This document shows positions 1 to 8,518 of a stretch of 38,739 nt of DNA, piece by piece. The position numbers and the translations under genes were made by a program. Source of the stretch: an uncultured Verrucomicrobiota bacterium (GTDB lineage: Bacteria > Verrucomicrobiota > Verrucomicrobiia > Limisphaerales > BOG-1460); assembly GCA_964520205.1 (NCBI GenBank), contig CAZFOA010000004.1, positions 1-38,739 on the forward strand, given 5' to 3'. The notes under the pieces are model-generated. The model was not told the DNA's origin, ran no database searches, and saw nothing but the letters and a program-made list of their open reading frames with translations. Each line of letters starts with the position of its first letter. The stretch's first letter is position 1.

Positions 1-51
1 CCCTGCGCGGCCATTGCGCCGAATCCCGGGCGCTGCTAAACTGACGTCATC

Positions 52-1599
52 ATGGCAGATATCGTCCTGGCCACGCTCAACGCCAAGTACCTTCACGCGT
101 CGTTTGGGCTGCGTTATCTGTTGGCCAATCTGGGGCCGTTGCAGACCCGCGCGAAGCTGATCGAGTTCGACATTCATCAGCGTCCGCTGGACCTCGCGGA
201 AGCGCTGTTGGCGCAACACCCGAGAATCATCGGCCTGGGGGTTTACATCTGGAACGTCGGCCCCACCACGGAACTCATCGCCGCGATCAAGCGCCTTCGC
301 CCGGACCTCACCATCGTTCTCGGCGGGCCGGAGGTAAGCCATGAAGTCGAGGATCAGCCGATTGTTCGATTGGCCGATTACGTCATCACGGGCGAAGCGG
401 ATTTGAAATTCGCGGAATTGTGCCGGATTCTTCTCGAAGGCTGCCCGCCCGGGGGTCCGCAACCGCAACTGCCGAAAATCATCGCCGCCGCATTGCCCGA
501 ATTTTCCCAACTGGCGCTCCCCTACGATCTTTACACGGACGAAGACATCGCCCACCGGATTATCTACGTCGAAGCGTCGCGCGGGTGTCCGTTCAGGTGC
601 GAATTTTGCCTGTCGTCGCTCGACATTCCCGTGCGGGAAGCTCCCCTGCCCGCTTTGCTCGGGCACCTGCAGCGGCTGCTCGATCGCGGCGTGAAACAGT
701 TCAAGTTTGTGGACCGCACCTTCAATCTGAACCTTCGCCTCAGCGCCGCGATCCTGGAATTCTTTCTGCAGCGTTATCGGGCCGGCCTTTTCGTTCACTT
801 CGAAATGATTCCGGACCGTCTGCCCGAGGCGCTGCGCGCCGTCATCGCCCAATTCCCGCCGGGCGCGCTGCAATTTGAAGTCGGCGTCCAGACCTTCAAC
901 GAAGCCGTGAGCCACCGCATCCAGCGGCGGCAAGACTATGGGCGCCTGGAAGACAACCTTCGTTTCCTGCGGAATGAAACCGGCGTCCATCTTCACGCGG
1001 ATTTGATTGCGGGCCTGCCGGGCGAAACGTTGGAGAGTTTTGCGGCCGGGTTCGACCGGCTGGTGTCGCTCCGCCCGCATGAAATCCAGGTCGGCATATT
1101 AAAACGACTCCGCGGCACGCCCATCGTCCGGCACGACGCCGAGTGGCAGATGGTTTATCATGCGAACCCGCCTTACGAAATTTTGCAGAATAAATTGATC
1201 GATTTCAGCTCCATGCAGAACCTGCGGCGCTTCGCGCGATACTGGGATCTGGTCGGCAACAGCGGCAATTTCATCGACACCACGCCGCTGATCTGGAGTT
1301 CCGCGTCCTCCCCCTTCCACGCCTTTGCGCGCTGGAGCGCCTGGCTGCAGGCGCGCGGGGGCCGCACCGACGGAATTGCCCTGCTGCGTTTGATGGAGTT
1401 GCTCTTTGAATTTCTGACGGGCGAACTCGGGCTGGACGCGCCGCGCGTCGCGGAAACGATGTGGCGCGACTACCGGCGCGGCGGGCGGCACGACAAGCCG
1501 CAGTTTCTGAAGAGCCTGCTGGCCTCGGAAGAAACGTTCCCTCCTTCCCGAAAGAGCCAAACCGGATTGCCGAAACGGCAGGCGCGGCATCTGGTTTGA
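52..1599 (+). CDS. B12-binding-domain radical SAM protein (DUF4080-type C-terminal region)
   Basis: The 515-aa ORF has an N-terminal cobalamin-binding-like region ([28 protein letters not shown]). The radical SAM CX3CX2C cluster motif is present in [16 protein letters not shown]. The long C-terminal extension is typical of this family. Confidence 0.85.
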   Translation: MADIVLATLNAKYLHASFGLRYLLANLGPLQTRAKLIEFDIHQRPLDLAEALLAQHPRIIGLGVYIWNVGPTTELIAAIKRLRPDLTIVLGGPEVSHEVEDQPIVRLADYVITGEADLKFAELCRILLEGCPPGGPQPQLPKIIAAALPEFSQLALPYDLYTDEDIAHRIIYVEASRGCPFRCEFCLSSLDIPVREAPLPALLGHLQRLLDRGVKQFKFVDRTFNLNLRLSAAILEFFLQRYRAGLFVHFEMIPDRLPEALRAVIAQFPPGALQFEVGVQTFNEAVSHRIQRRQDYGRLEDNLRFLRNETGVHLHADLIAGLPGETLESFAAGFDRLVSLRPHEIQVGILKRLRGTPIVRHDAEWQMVYHANPPYEILQNKLIDFSSMQNLRRFARYWDLVGNSGNFIDTTPLIWSSASSPFHAFARWSAWLQARGGRTDGIALLRLMELLFEFLTGELGLDAPRVAETMWRDYRRGGRHDKPQFLKSLLASEETFPPSRKSQTGLPKRQARHLV

Positions 1600-1713
1600 T
1601 CCCAATGACGGGAGACAACCATTGACCTGGGACTCCGCGACCGATAGAAAGGGGGCATGCTTTGCGCGTGCAGATCGAATGAACCTCCGCAACACCTTCG
1701 AGGAACCGACAAA

Positions 1714-2892
1714 ATGAAACGACTGGCTCTGCTATTGATTTTGTGTTTGCCTGCCATGGCTTCCGCCCAGAAATTCCAGGGGCTCGCGCCGACGCCGCCG
1801 ATGGGATGGAACAGCTGGAATACGTTTGGCACGCATATCGATGAAAAGCTGATCCACGAGACAGCCGACGCCCTGGTGTCCTCCGGCATGCAGGCAGCGG
1901 GATACAATTATATCGTGATCGATGACGGATGGGAAGCCGACGCGCGGAACGACCGGGGCGATATTGTTCCGGATCCGAAACGTTTTCCGGGCGGGATGAA
2001 GGCGCTGGGGGAGTATCTCCACTCGAAAGGATTCAAATTCGGCATCCACAACTGTGCGGGGGCCAAGACATGCGCGGGGTTTCCCGGCGGGCGCGGACAT
2101 GAATTTCAGGACGCCAGAACCTACGCTTCGTGGGGCGTGGATTATTTGAAATACGACTGGTGCGAGCATGGCACGGCCAACGCGGAGGAGACCTATAAGA
2201 CGATGCGCGACGGCTTGTATGCGGCGGGCCGGCCGATGGTTTTCAGCATTTGCGAGTGGGGCAACAACAAGCCCTGGCTTTGGGGTCAGGATGTTGGGCA
2301 CCTTTGGCGGACCACCGGCGACATCACCGACTGCTACGACTGCCAGGACATTTATGCGATGGGGTGGAAGTATATCCTGAAAGGCCAGGTTGGCCTGGAG
2401 AAATATGCCGGGCCGGATCATTGGAACGATCCCGACATGCTCGAAGTGGGCAACGGCAAACTTTCGCCGGCGGAGTCAAGGGCGCATTTCAGCTTGTGGT
2501 GCATCGTGGCGGCTCCATTGATCGCCGGCAACGATGTCCGAGCCATGACCGCTGAGGTTCACGACATTCTGACCCGGAAGGAAGTGATTGCGGTGGACCA
2601 GGATCCTTTGGGCAAGCAGGGTTACCAGTTCATGGAGCATCCGGCAAAGGAAATATGGGTCAGGGAATTATCCGGCGGCGGATGGGCTGTATGTTTCTTT
2701 AACACCAGCGACAGCAAAACACAAATGCGGGTGCATTGGCCTTACCTTTCGTTCCTCAATGGCACCTATGAAATCAGGGATTTGTGGCAGGGAAAGAATC
2801 TGGGCAACACCGCCACCGATTTTGTCGCCGATATCCCCACGCACGATGTGATTTTGCTCAAGTTAAGCCCGGTCAAAAAGGGCACGCCTTAG
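1714..2892 (+). CDS. Secreted GH27 alpha-galactosidase (melibiase family)
   Basis: GH27 hallmarks are present: GWNSWN, YNYIVIDDGW and WGVDYLKYDWC. The internal Met at 1714 gives a signal peptide, MKRLALLLILCLPAMASAQ. I trimmed the track ORF (1657) to this start. Confidence 0.85.
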   Translation: MKRLALLLILCLPAMASAQKFQGLAPTPPMGWNSWNTFGTHIDEKLIHETADALVSSGMQAAGYNYIVIDDGWEADARNDRGDIVPDPKRFPGGMKALGEYLHSKGFKFGIHNCAGAKTCAGFPGGRGHEFQDARTYASWGVDYLKYDWCEHGTANAEETYKTMRDGLYAAGRPMVFSICEWGNNKPWLWGQDVGHLWRTTGDITDCYDCQDIYAMGWKYILKGQVGLEKYAGPDHWNDPDMLEVGNGKLSPAESRAHFSLWCIVAAPLIAGNDVRAMTAEVHDILTRKEVIAVDQDPLGKQGYQFMEHPAKEIWVRELSGGGWAVCFFNTSDSKTQMRVHWPYLSFLNGTYEIRDLWQGKNLGNTATDFVADIPTHDVILLKLSPVKKGTP

Positions 2893-2967
2893 GTCCGCGT
2901 CCGGGTCCAACCGCACCAGAACCGACACCGGGCTTGAAACGTCCTGGCGACGGGGTATCTTCGCGGC

Positions 2968-3135
2968 ATGAAATTCCTTGCGACAGTCCTGGCTTATCTC
3001 TTTATCGCCTGGGTCCTTGGCTGGGGCATTTTACTGGCGGTCAAGGGCAACTTCTGGTTGCTCGGCGTCAGTCTGCTGGCCTACGTCGTCGCCTTCGCAA
3101 AAATCGGTTGTCTGCCTCCGACGAAATCGCCTTGA
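2968..3135 (+). CDS. Small hydrophobic protein, 55 aa, two predicted TM helices
   Basis: My own translation is MKFLATVLAYLFIAWVLGWGILLAVKGNFWLLGVSLLAYVVAFAKIGCLPPTKSP. It is below the length cutoff of the ORF track. Its TGA (3133-3135) overlaps the dtd ATG (3135-3137) by 1 nt, which suggests translational coupling. Confidence 0.4.
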   Translation: MKFLATVLAYLFIAWVLGWGILLAVKGNFWLLGVSLLAYVVAFAKIGCLPPTKSP

Positions 3136-3587
3136 TGCGCGCCGTCGTTCAACGTGTTTCCGCGGCGAGTGTCGCCCTCAATGGAATCCTCAAGAGCCGC
3201 ATTCAAAATGGATTGGTCGTGCTTCTAGCCGTTGAAGCATCGGACGGCGCCGAAGATATTGGATGGCTGAGCGGAAAATTGGTCCGGCTCCGGGTTTTTG
3301 ATGATGAAAGCGGGGTGATGAACCGGTCGGTGCTGGAGGTGAACGGCGAAATTCTGCTCATCAGCCAGTTCACTCTGTTTGCCAGCACCAGAAAAGGCAA
3401 CCGGCCTTCATACAGTCGCTCGGCGCACCCGGATATCGCGATCCCGCGCTATGAACAATTCATCGCGCGGCTGACCCAGGACCTGGGCAAACCCGTTCAA
3501 ACCGGTGAATTCGGCGCGCCTATGACCGTCAGCCTGGTGAACGAGGGACCCGTGACAATCATTATCGACTCAAAAGCTCGGGAATAG
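3135..3587 (+). CDS. dtd: D-aminoacyl-tRNA deacylase
   Basis: This 150-aa protein starts MRAVVQRVSAASV and carries the family motifs SQFTLFA and NEGPVTIII. The track ORF 2784..3587 is an upstream in-frame extension that overlaps the GH27 gene. Confidence 0.9.
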   Translation: MRAVVQRVSAASVALNGILKSRIQNGLVVLLAVEASDGAEDIGWLSGKLVRLRVFDDESGVMNRSVLEVNGEILLISQFTLFASTRKGNRPSYSRSAHPDIAIPRYEQFIARLTQDLGKPVQTGEFGAPMTVSLVNEGPVTIIIDSKARE

Positions 3588-4072
3588 ATCAGGATCACCA
3601 GCCTTCCCACAATACCCGGAACCCAATCCGCGTTTGGCGAGTATCCGTATCCACACGGAACAGATTCTCGTCGTAACAACTACGGATCGGAAGCCGGAGT
3701 GCCAAGGCGCCCGGTGACTCAATCTGAACAGCTCGACCAAAAATATTTTGCAGCGTCTCCCAACTCTCAAGAAGTATCCGCTGAACGGGCTCTTGAAGCA
3801 TTCGGCGGCAGCTGTCCGCCCGGTCCGGTCCCGTGTCCGTATCTTCTTAAGCTGGAGTTGAATGCGTGCTTTGAATTCGAAGCAGCCGGCTGGCGCCTGA
3901 CCGCAGGAATCGGTTCGCCTGATTTGATTGAATTGCGTCTCCGAGCGGCACTGATTTTGCTGATGACTTCGCGTAATACATTCAATCAATTCAGAGCATT
4001 CTGGCGAGATACGGAATCGTCCGGAGGGATCAATCCCGAGGCGATTTCAGGCGAATTTATTAAGGCTTGCAT

Positions 4073-4078
4073 TATAAT
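4073..4078 (+). promoter_or_regulatory. Candidate -10 box (perfect TATAAT) upstream of the response regulator
   Basis: A TATAAT hexamer lies 40 nt upstream of the ATG at 4118, in a locally AT-rich stretch. I found no convincing -35 box, and AGGAG at 4108-4112 serves as the RBS. Confidence 0.3.
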
Positions 4079-4117
4079 ACAGGACGACATCTAATCTTAC
4101 GTCGGATCAGGAGTTAT

Positions 4118-4795
4118 ATGAAGAAGTCAACTAACGGTGTCAAAAGCATCCGTGTATTTCTGGTGGACGATCACCCGCTCGTTCGCCAGGCTCTCAAGCT
4201 TGCCATGCGTCACGAGCGCGATATGGAGGTTTGTGGCGAGGCGGATGACCGGGATGAAGCATTGAAAGGCATTGCAGACGCGGAACCGGATCTGGCGATT
4301 GTCGATCTGCGTCTCCGGGATTCGGATGGGCTGGAGCTGGTTCGGGATCTTCGGGATCAGCACCCCAAAGTCCTTAGCCTGGTGCTGTCCATGCAGGACG
4401 AATCCATGACTGCCGAGCGTGCGGTTCGTGCCGGAGCGCGCGGCTATATCTCCAAGCGGGAGGCTCCGTGCAAGATCATAGAAGCCGTCCGCAAGGTTTT
4501 AGGCGGCGAAATTTACTGGAGCGAGAAGGCGGCGGCGCAAGTCGCCTCAAAGTTTGCCTCACCTTCCGGGGCGGCCAATTGTTCCACGATCGACAACCTC
4601 TCGGAGCGTGAATTGCAGGTTTTTGAGCAAGTCGGGCTTGGGAAAAGCACCAACGAAATCGCGGATTCGCTTCACATCGACATAAGCACGGTGGAAACTT
4701 ACCGTTCGCGGATCAAAGACAAACTGAATCTTAAGAGCGGTTCTGAACTGTTGCAAACAGCCATCCGCTGGTGCCTGGCAAGAGCTTATCATTAA
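4118..4795 (+). CDS. NarL/FixJ-family response regulator (REC plus LuxR-type HTH), no adjacent histidine kinase
   Basis: The receiver domain shows the acidic pocket FLVDDHPLV and a phospho-acceptor context DLAIVDLRL. The C-terminal LuxR HTH reads LSERELQVFEQVGLGKSTNEIADSLHIDISTVETYRSRIKDKL. An AGGAG RBS precedes the ATG at 4118. Confidence 0.9.
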   Translation: MKKSTNGVKSIRVFLVDDHPLVRQALKLAMRHERDMEVCGEADDRDEALKGIADAEPDLAIVDLRLRDSDGLELVRDLRDQHPKVLSLVLSMQDESMTAERAVRAGARGYISKREAPCKIIEAVRKVLGGEIYWSEKAAAQVASKFASPSGAANCSTIDNLSERELQVFEQVGLGKSTNEIADSLHIDISTVETYRSRIKDKLNLKSGSELLQTAIRWCLARAYH

Positions 4796-4840
4796 TCCAC
4801 ATTTTCTTCAGATCCCGTTCGTAAGCCCGCTCGGAGCTGG

Positions 4841-5533
4841 ATGCTCCGGCGCCGGGAGCCACAATCACATGCCAACGTAAAAATGGGACGCTCTTTCATC
4901 TCCGCGATGTTGCAGCCGATCGCCAGCCGAACAGGCAGGGAGCGGTTGCTGGTATTATCCGTGATGGGTCTGTTCTGCGGGATGGCCGGTTGCAGCACGC
5001 CGCAGTATAGAGAGCCCGACCTCGATCAAAAGCCGGACCCGATTGTTGTGCGTGAAGGCGACGTTTTGAGGGTAACTTTCCCCGGCACTCCCAACCTTAA
5101 TGCCACGCAGCAAGTCCGCCGGGACGGGAAGATTACTCTCTCTCTGGTTGGCGATGTGGCTGCCGCGGGGAAGACGCGCCCCGAGCTGGAAAAGGACCTC
5201 AAGGAGCTCTATGCCTCCCAGCTTGTGACCAAGGATGTCACCGTCACTATTGAATCTTCAACCTACGAGATTTATGTGACGGGTGCTGTTTTGAGACCCG
5301 GAAAAGTCATCACGAACCGCCAACTCACGGCGCTGGAAGCCATCATGGAAGCGGGTGGCCCGGACTATACCAAGGCCAATTTGAAGGCGGTGCAGGTGAT
5401 TCGGAACAACAAGGACCACGTGGACCATTACAAACTGGATTTGAAGCGCGTACTTAAGGGAGCCGATGTCGAACCTTTCAAATTGAAGCCTTCCGACATC
5501 ATTTACGTCCCCGAGAGATTCTCCTGGTTTTAA
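4841..5533 (+). CDS. Short outer-membrane polysaccharide export (OPX, Wza-like) lipoprotein: Poly_export domain plus one SLBB domain
   Basis: The PES/Poly_export region is VREGDVLRVTFPGTPNLNATQQVRRDGKITLSLVGDVAAAGKT. The SLBB region is IYVTGAVLRPGKV...LKPSDIIYVPE. A lipobox-like LFCGMAGC is present. The start is ambiguous between 4841 (with a GGAG RBS), 4883 and 4907. Confidence 0.85.
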   Translation: MLRRREPQSHANVKMGRSFISAMLQPIASRTGRERLLVLSVMGLFCGMAGCSTPQYREPDLDQKPDPIVVREGDVLRVTFPGTPNLNATQQVRRDGKITLSLVGDVAAAGKTRPELEKDLKELYASQLVTKDVTVTIESSTYEIYVTGAVLRPGKVITNRQLTALEAIMEAGGPDYTKANLKAVQVIRNNKDHVDHYKLDLKRVLKGADVEPFKLKPSDIIYVPERFSWF

Positions 5534-5545
5534 TGCCGGATTCAA

Positions 5546-5568
5546 GCCGCCGCCAGGGCGGCCTTTTT
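5546..5568 (+). terminator. Rho-independent terminator after the OPX gene
   Basis: The stem is GCCGCC (5546-5551) paired with GGCGGC (5557-5562), with loop gccag. A TTTTT tract follows at 5564-5568, 13 nt after the stop codon. Confidence 0.6.
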
Positions 5569-5855
5569 CGCTTTCAAGATCGTTGCGCCAAGCCCCCGGA
5601 TCGCATGGCTTTCCCCTCCTGTAATGCTTTCCACTACACCCTGTCATGGTTGTGTTGATGCCTTGTAACGGGATTCAGGACAACAGAATCATGCCCCCAC
5701 AGGACAGACAAGCCCGGCGATCTGTGCAATTCTTTTGCCCAGGTTGACCCCGATAAAAGCGGCGCGCTGACAACAACAACAATGCGCGCACGACAGAAGG
5801 CAAAGTTAATTCGGCGAGAAGAGATCCTTCACGCCAGGGTCAAACGGGATTTTAA

Positions 5856-6416
5856 ATGAGTATCAATGCAGATTTAGGGCTGGCCTGGTATTGTGCGCGG
5901 ACAAAGCCGAAGCACGAGCACATTGCCGCGGCGAACCTGAGCAAGAATCTCGGGCTGGAAGTGTTCAATCCGCGCCTGCGCGTCGAGCGGGTCACGCGCC
6001 GTGGGGTGGTGCGCTCCGTGGAACCGCTGTTTCCCTGTTACCTCTTCGTGCAGTGCTTCAGCAGCGCCTGGAATGACATCCGTTTTGTAACGGGCGTCAG
6101 CAGCCTGGTGCATTTTGGAGAGAGGGTGGCCCCGGTGCCGGATTCAGCGATCGAAGAATTGAAGGAATGTTTCGAGGCGGAATCGCCATTGGAAGTGGAA
6201 GACCGGCTTGTCCCCGGCGCCGAGGTGTCGATTGCCGACGGCGCGTTTCGCGGCTTTGAGGCCATCGTGTTGAGGATGCTGCCGGCCAAACGGCGCGTGC
6301 AGATTTTGTTGGATATTCTGGGGCGATCCACGTTGGTGGAAGTGGACCGGCAGTCAGTCTTTGTAGAGAACCGGGTCCTGGCGGATTTGATGCCGTCCCT
6401 GGCAGTGGCGGCGTAG
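5856..6416 (+). CDS. NusG paralog (RfaH/UpxY/LoaP-like transcription antiterminator)
   Basis: The NGN domain contains WYCARTKPKHEHIAAANL...EPLFPCYLFVQC. The KOW-like region is GAEVSIADGAFRGFEAIVLRMLPAKRRVQILLDILGRSTLVEV. The gene sits directly upstream of the priming transferase. Confidence 0.8.
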   Translation: MSINADLGLAWYCARTKPKHEHIAAANLSKNLGLEVFNPRLRVERVTRRGVVRSVEPLFPCYLFVQCFSSAWNDIRFVTGVSSLVHFGERVAPVPDSAIEELKECFEAESPLEVEDRLVPGAEVSIADGAFRGFEAIVLRMLPAKRRVQILLDILGRSTLVEVDRQSVFVENRVLADLMPSLAVAA

Positions 6417-6426
6417 TTCATCCAGA

Positions 6427-6570
6427 GCGGCCGTAGAGGGCCGCATCTGAGGATGTCAAACAACGGATTGAGGGTGGAGCGGAAGCAAGTTGGCCGGCAG
6501 AACCGTCGCGGCCAGCAAGTGCGGAGCCTTGCACCGGTTGCGGACTTGATTTTGGCGGAAGACCTCCGCC
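6427..6570 (+). promoter_or_regulatory. Structured leader between the NusG paralog and the priming transferase (two GC hairpins)
   Basis: Hairpin 1 is GCGGCC-gtagag-GGCCGC at 6427-6444. Hairpin 2 is GGCGGA-agacc-TCCGCC at 6554-6570. Neither is followed by a clean T tract. Confidence 0.25.
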
Positions 6571-6610
6571 GTTCGTTCGCAAGGTGCCTTGAGATTTTGA
6601 AATCAGAATC

Positions 6611-7375
6611 GTGATGAATTCGATCCATTCGAGAGAGCCAGGCCGCAAGGATGCGGCGGGCTCGACGACGCCGCCGGGCCTTCCTCTTTGGAAACGCCTG
6701 CTCGATCTCGCGCTAATTTTGCTGATGGCGCCGTTGCTCCTTCCCGTGATGTTCCTCATGGCATTAATCATCAAGGCGGTTTCTCCAGGACCCGCCCTGT
6801 TTCGGCAGGAGCGAATTGGATACCTGGGCCGGCAGTTCACCTGCTTGAAGTTCCGGACGATGGTGGTGAACGCGGATACGCAGTTGCACCAGGGGCATCT
6901 GAACCAGATCATGGACACCAACGTGCCGATGCGGAAGCTCGATTCCACCGGGGATCCCCGCCTGATTCCCTGCGGAAAGTTGCTGCGTTCTTTGGGCCTC
7001 GACGAGTTGCCGCAGATTTTCAATGTCCTCCGCGGCGAGATGAGCCTGGTGGGTCCGCGTCCGTGTGTGCCCTACGAATACCAGAATTACACCCCGCACC
7101 ACCGCGAACGCTTCGAAGCGGTCCCGGGCTTGACCGGCTTGTGGCAAGTGAGCGGCAAGAACCGGACGACCTTTGAGGAAATGATTGATTTGGACGTTTA
7201 CTATGCCTGGAACAAAACCCTGTGGCTGGATTTGAAGATCATCTTCAAAACCATTCCGGCGATTATTTCTCAAAGCCGGGAGATCCACCAGCCGAAACCG
7301 GCCGGGGCTTCCCGCCGCGCCGCCGCCACGGTCATGCCGCCGTCAAAATCGGCGGAAGCCAATTTCACGCCTTAA
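6611..7375 (+). CDS. Undecaprenyl-phosphate sugar-1-phosphate transferase (bacterial sugar transferase, WbaP/ExoY-like priming enzyme)
   Basis: An N-terminal TM helix is present (LDLALILLMAPLLLPVMFLMALII). Family motifs are GPALFRQERIG, DELPQIFNVLRGEMSLVGPRP and PGLTGLWQVSGKN. The start is GTG at 6611 or ATG at 6614. Confidence 0.9.
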   Translation: MMNSIHSREPGRKDAAGSTTPPGLPLWKRLLDLALILLMAPLLLPVMFLMALIIKAVSPGPALFRQERIGYLGRQFTCLKFRTMVVNADTQLHQGHLNQIMDTNVPMRKLDSTGDPRLIPCGKLLRSLGLDELPQIFNVLRGEMSLVGPRPCVPYEYQNYTPHHRERFEAVPGLTGLWQVSGKNRTTFEEMIDLDVYYAWNKTLWLDLKIIFKTIPAIISQSREIHQPKPAGASRRAAATVMPPSKSAEANFTP

Positions 7376-7405
7376 AACTCAATCCTTCAGCAGAAATAAA
7401 TACAT

Positions 7406-8518
7406 ATGACAAAACAAATCAAAATCGGTGTCGTCGGGTGCGGTTATTGGGGGCCCAACCTGATTCGCAACTTCCGGGCTCTCCCCGATTGCAGCTTGAA
7501 AATGATGTGCGATTTGAGCGAAGCGCGTCTGTTGCATCTGAAGTCCCTGTACCCGGAAGTGGAAGGGGTGACGGATTTCAACGGGATGTTGAACAGCGGC
7601 GGCCTGGATGGGGTCATCATCGCCACCTCGGTCAAACATCATTACACCATGGCCAAAGCGAGCCTGCTGGCCGGCAAACATACCTTCATTGAAAAACCCA
7701 TGGCGGCCTCCGCCCAGGAATGCGAAGAACTGGTGGACATTGCGGAGAACAAAGGACTGGTGCTTATGGTCGGGCACACCTTTCTCTATTCGCCCGCCGT
7801 TCGGAAGATCAAAGAACTGGTCGAATGGGGCGATCTCGGCGAAATCCGCTACATCTGCGCCCGCCGCCTCAACCTCGGGCTATACCAGAAAGACATCAAC
7901 GTGGCCTGGGACCTCGCTCCTCACGACATCTCCATCATTCTCCATGTGATGGAGGAATTGCCCTTGAGCGTCAATTGCCGGGGAAGCGCCCACTTGACGC
8001 CCGGCGTGGAAGACGTCACCACCATGTGCCTGAACTTCCGCAACAACCGCTCGGCCATCATTCAGAGCAGTTGGCTCGACCCCCGGAAGACCCGCGAGAT
8101 GACGATCGTCGGCAGCAAACGGATGATTGTTTATGACGACGTGACGCTGATCGAGAAGATCAAGATTTACGACGTCCGTGTGGAGCGGCCGCCGCATTAC
8201 GATACGTTCGGAGAGTTTCATTACGCTTATCATTACGGCGACATGTACGTCCCTTACCTGAAACAGGAGGAACCTTTGAAGTCCGAATGCCAGCATTTCC
8301 TGGATTGCATCAAGGAAGGCATCAGTCCGCTCACCGATGGCCGGCGGGGGCTGGAGCTGGTCAAGATTCTTGAAGCTTCATCCCAATCGCTCAAACTGGG
8401 CGGCGGCCCCGTGACGTTGCAGTCGGGGATCGCCAAGAACGGTGCAAAACTGGCCGGCGCGAAGCCTGTCGGCGCTGCCTTGATCAATGATCCGCAGGAA
8501 AGCGTCCTGCGCGCATGA
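7406..8518 (+). CDS. Gfo/Idh/MocA oxidoreductase, WbpB/WlbA-like nucleotide-sugar 3-dehydrogenase
   Basis: The Rossmann motif is IKIGVVGCGYWGPNL and the catalytic EKPMA motif is present. Overall architecture matches UDP-GlcNAc(A) 3-dehydrogenases. The stop overlaps the next start as ATGA at 8515. Confidence 0.85.
   Translation: MTKQIKIGVVGCGYWGPNLIRNFRALPDCSLKMMCDLSEARLLHLKSLYPEVEGVTDFNGMLNSGGLDGVIIATSVKHHYTMAKASLLAGKHTFIEKPMAASAQECEELVDIAENKGLVLMVGHTFLYSPAVRKIKELVEWGDLGEIRYICARRLNLGLYQKDINVAWDLAPHDISIILHVMEELPLSVNCRGSAHLTPGVEDVTTMCLNFRNNRSAIIQSSWLDPRKTREMTIVGSKRMIVYDDVTLIEKIKIYDVRVERPPHYDTFGEFHYAYHYGDMYVPYLKQEEPLKSECQHFLDCIKEGISPLTDGRRGLELVKILEASSQSLKLGGGPVTLQSGIAKNGAKLAGAKPVGAALINDPQESVLRA

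Noticed and set aside
2784-3134. N-terminal extensions of track ORFs starting at 1657, 2784, 4067, 14183, 15034, 18299, 21067, 24796, 31468, 31968 and 33869.
   Set aside because: The extensions overlap the preceding gene in another frame and have low-complexity Arg/Pro-rich sequence. Each is followed by an internal Met or GTG that coincides with the start of homology, an RBS, or an ATGA stop/start overlap. I trimmed them to the internal starts.
3595-3801. A 68-aa minus-strand ORF convergent with dtd (MLQEPVQRILLESWETLQNIF...), and its neighbours 3570-3989 (minus) and 3699-4094 (plus).
   Set aside because: I recognise no motif in any of them. No alternative start lies upstream before an in-frame stop, and by eye GC3 is lower than in the neighbouring genes. 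I could not support a call, so the region is kept as an unassigned finding.
6554-6565. GGCGGAAGACCT in the leader as an ops-like RfaH recruitment element.
   Set aside because: It matches only the first part of the enterobacterial ops consensus (GGCGGTAGnnTG), has a mismatch, and lacks the downstream TG. Also, ops is lineage-specific. I mention it only as a pointer within the NusG-paralog finding.
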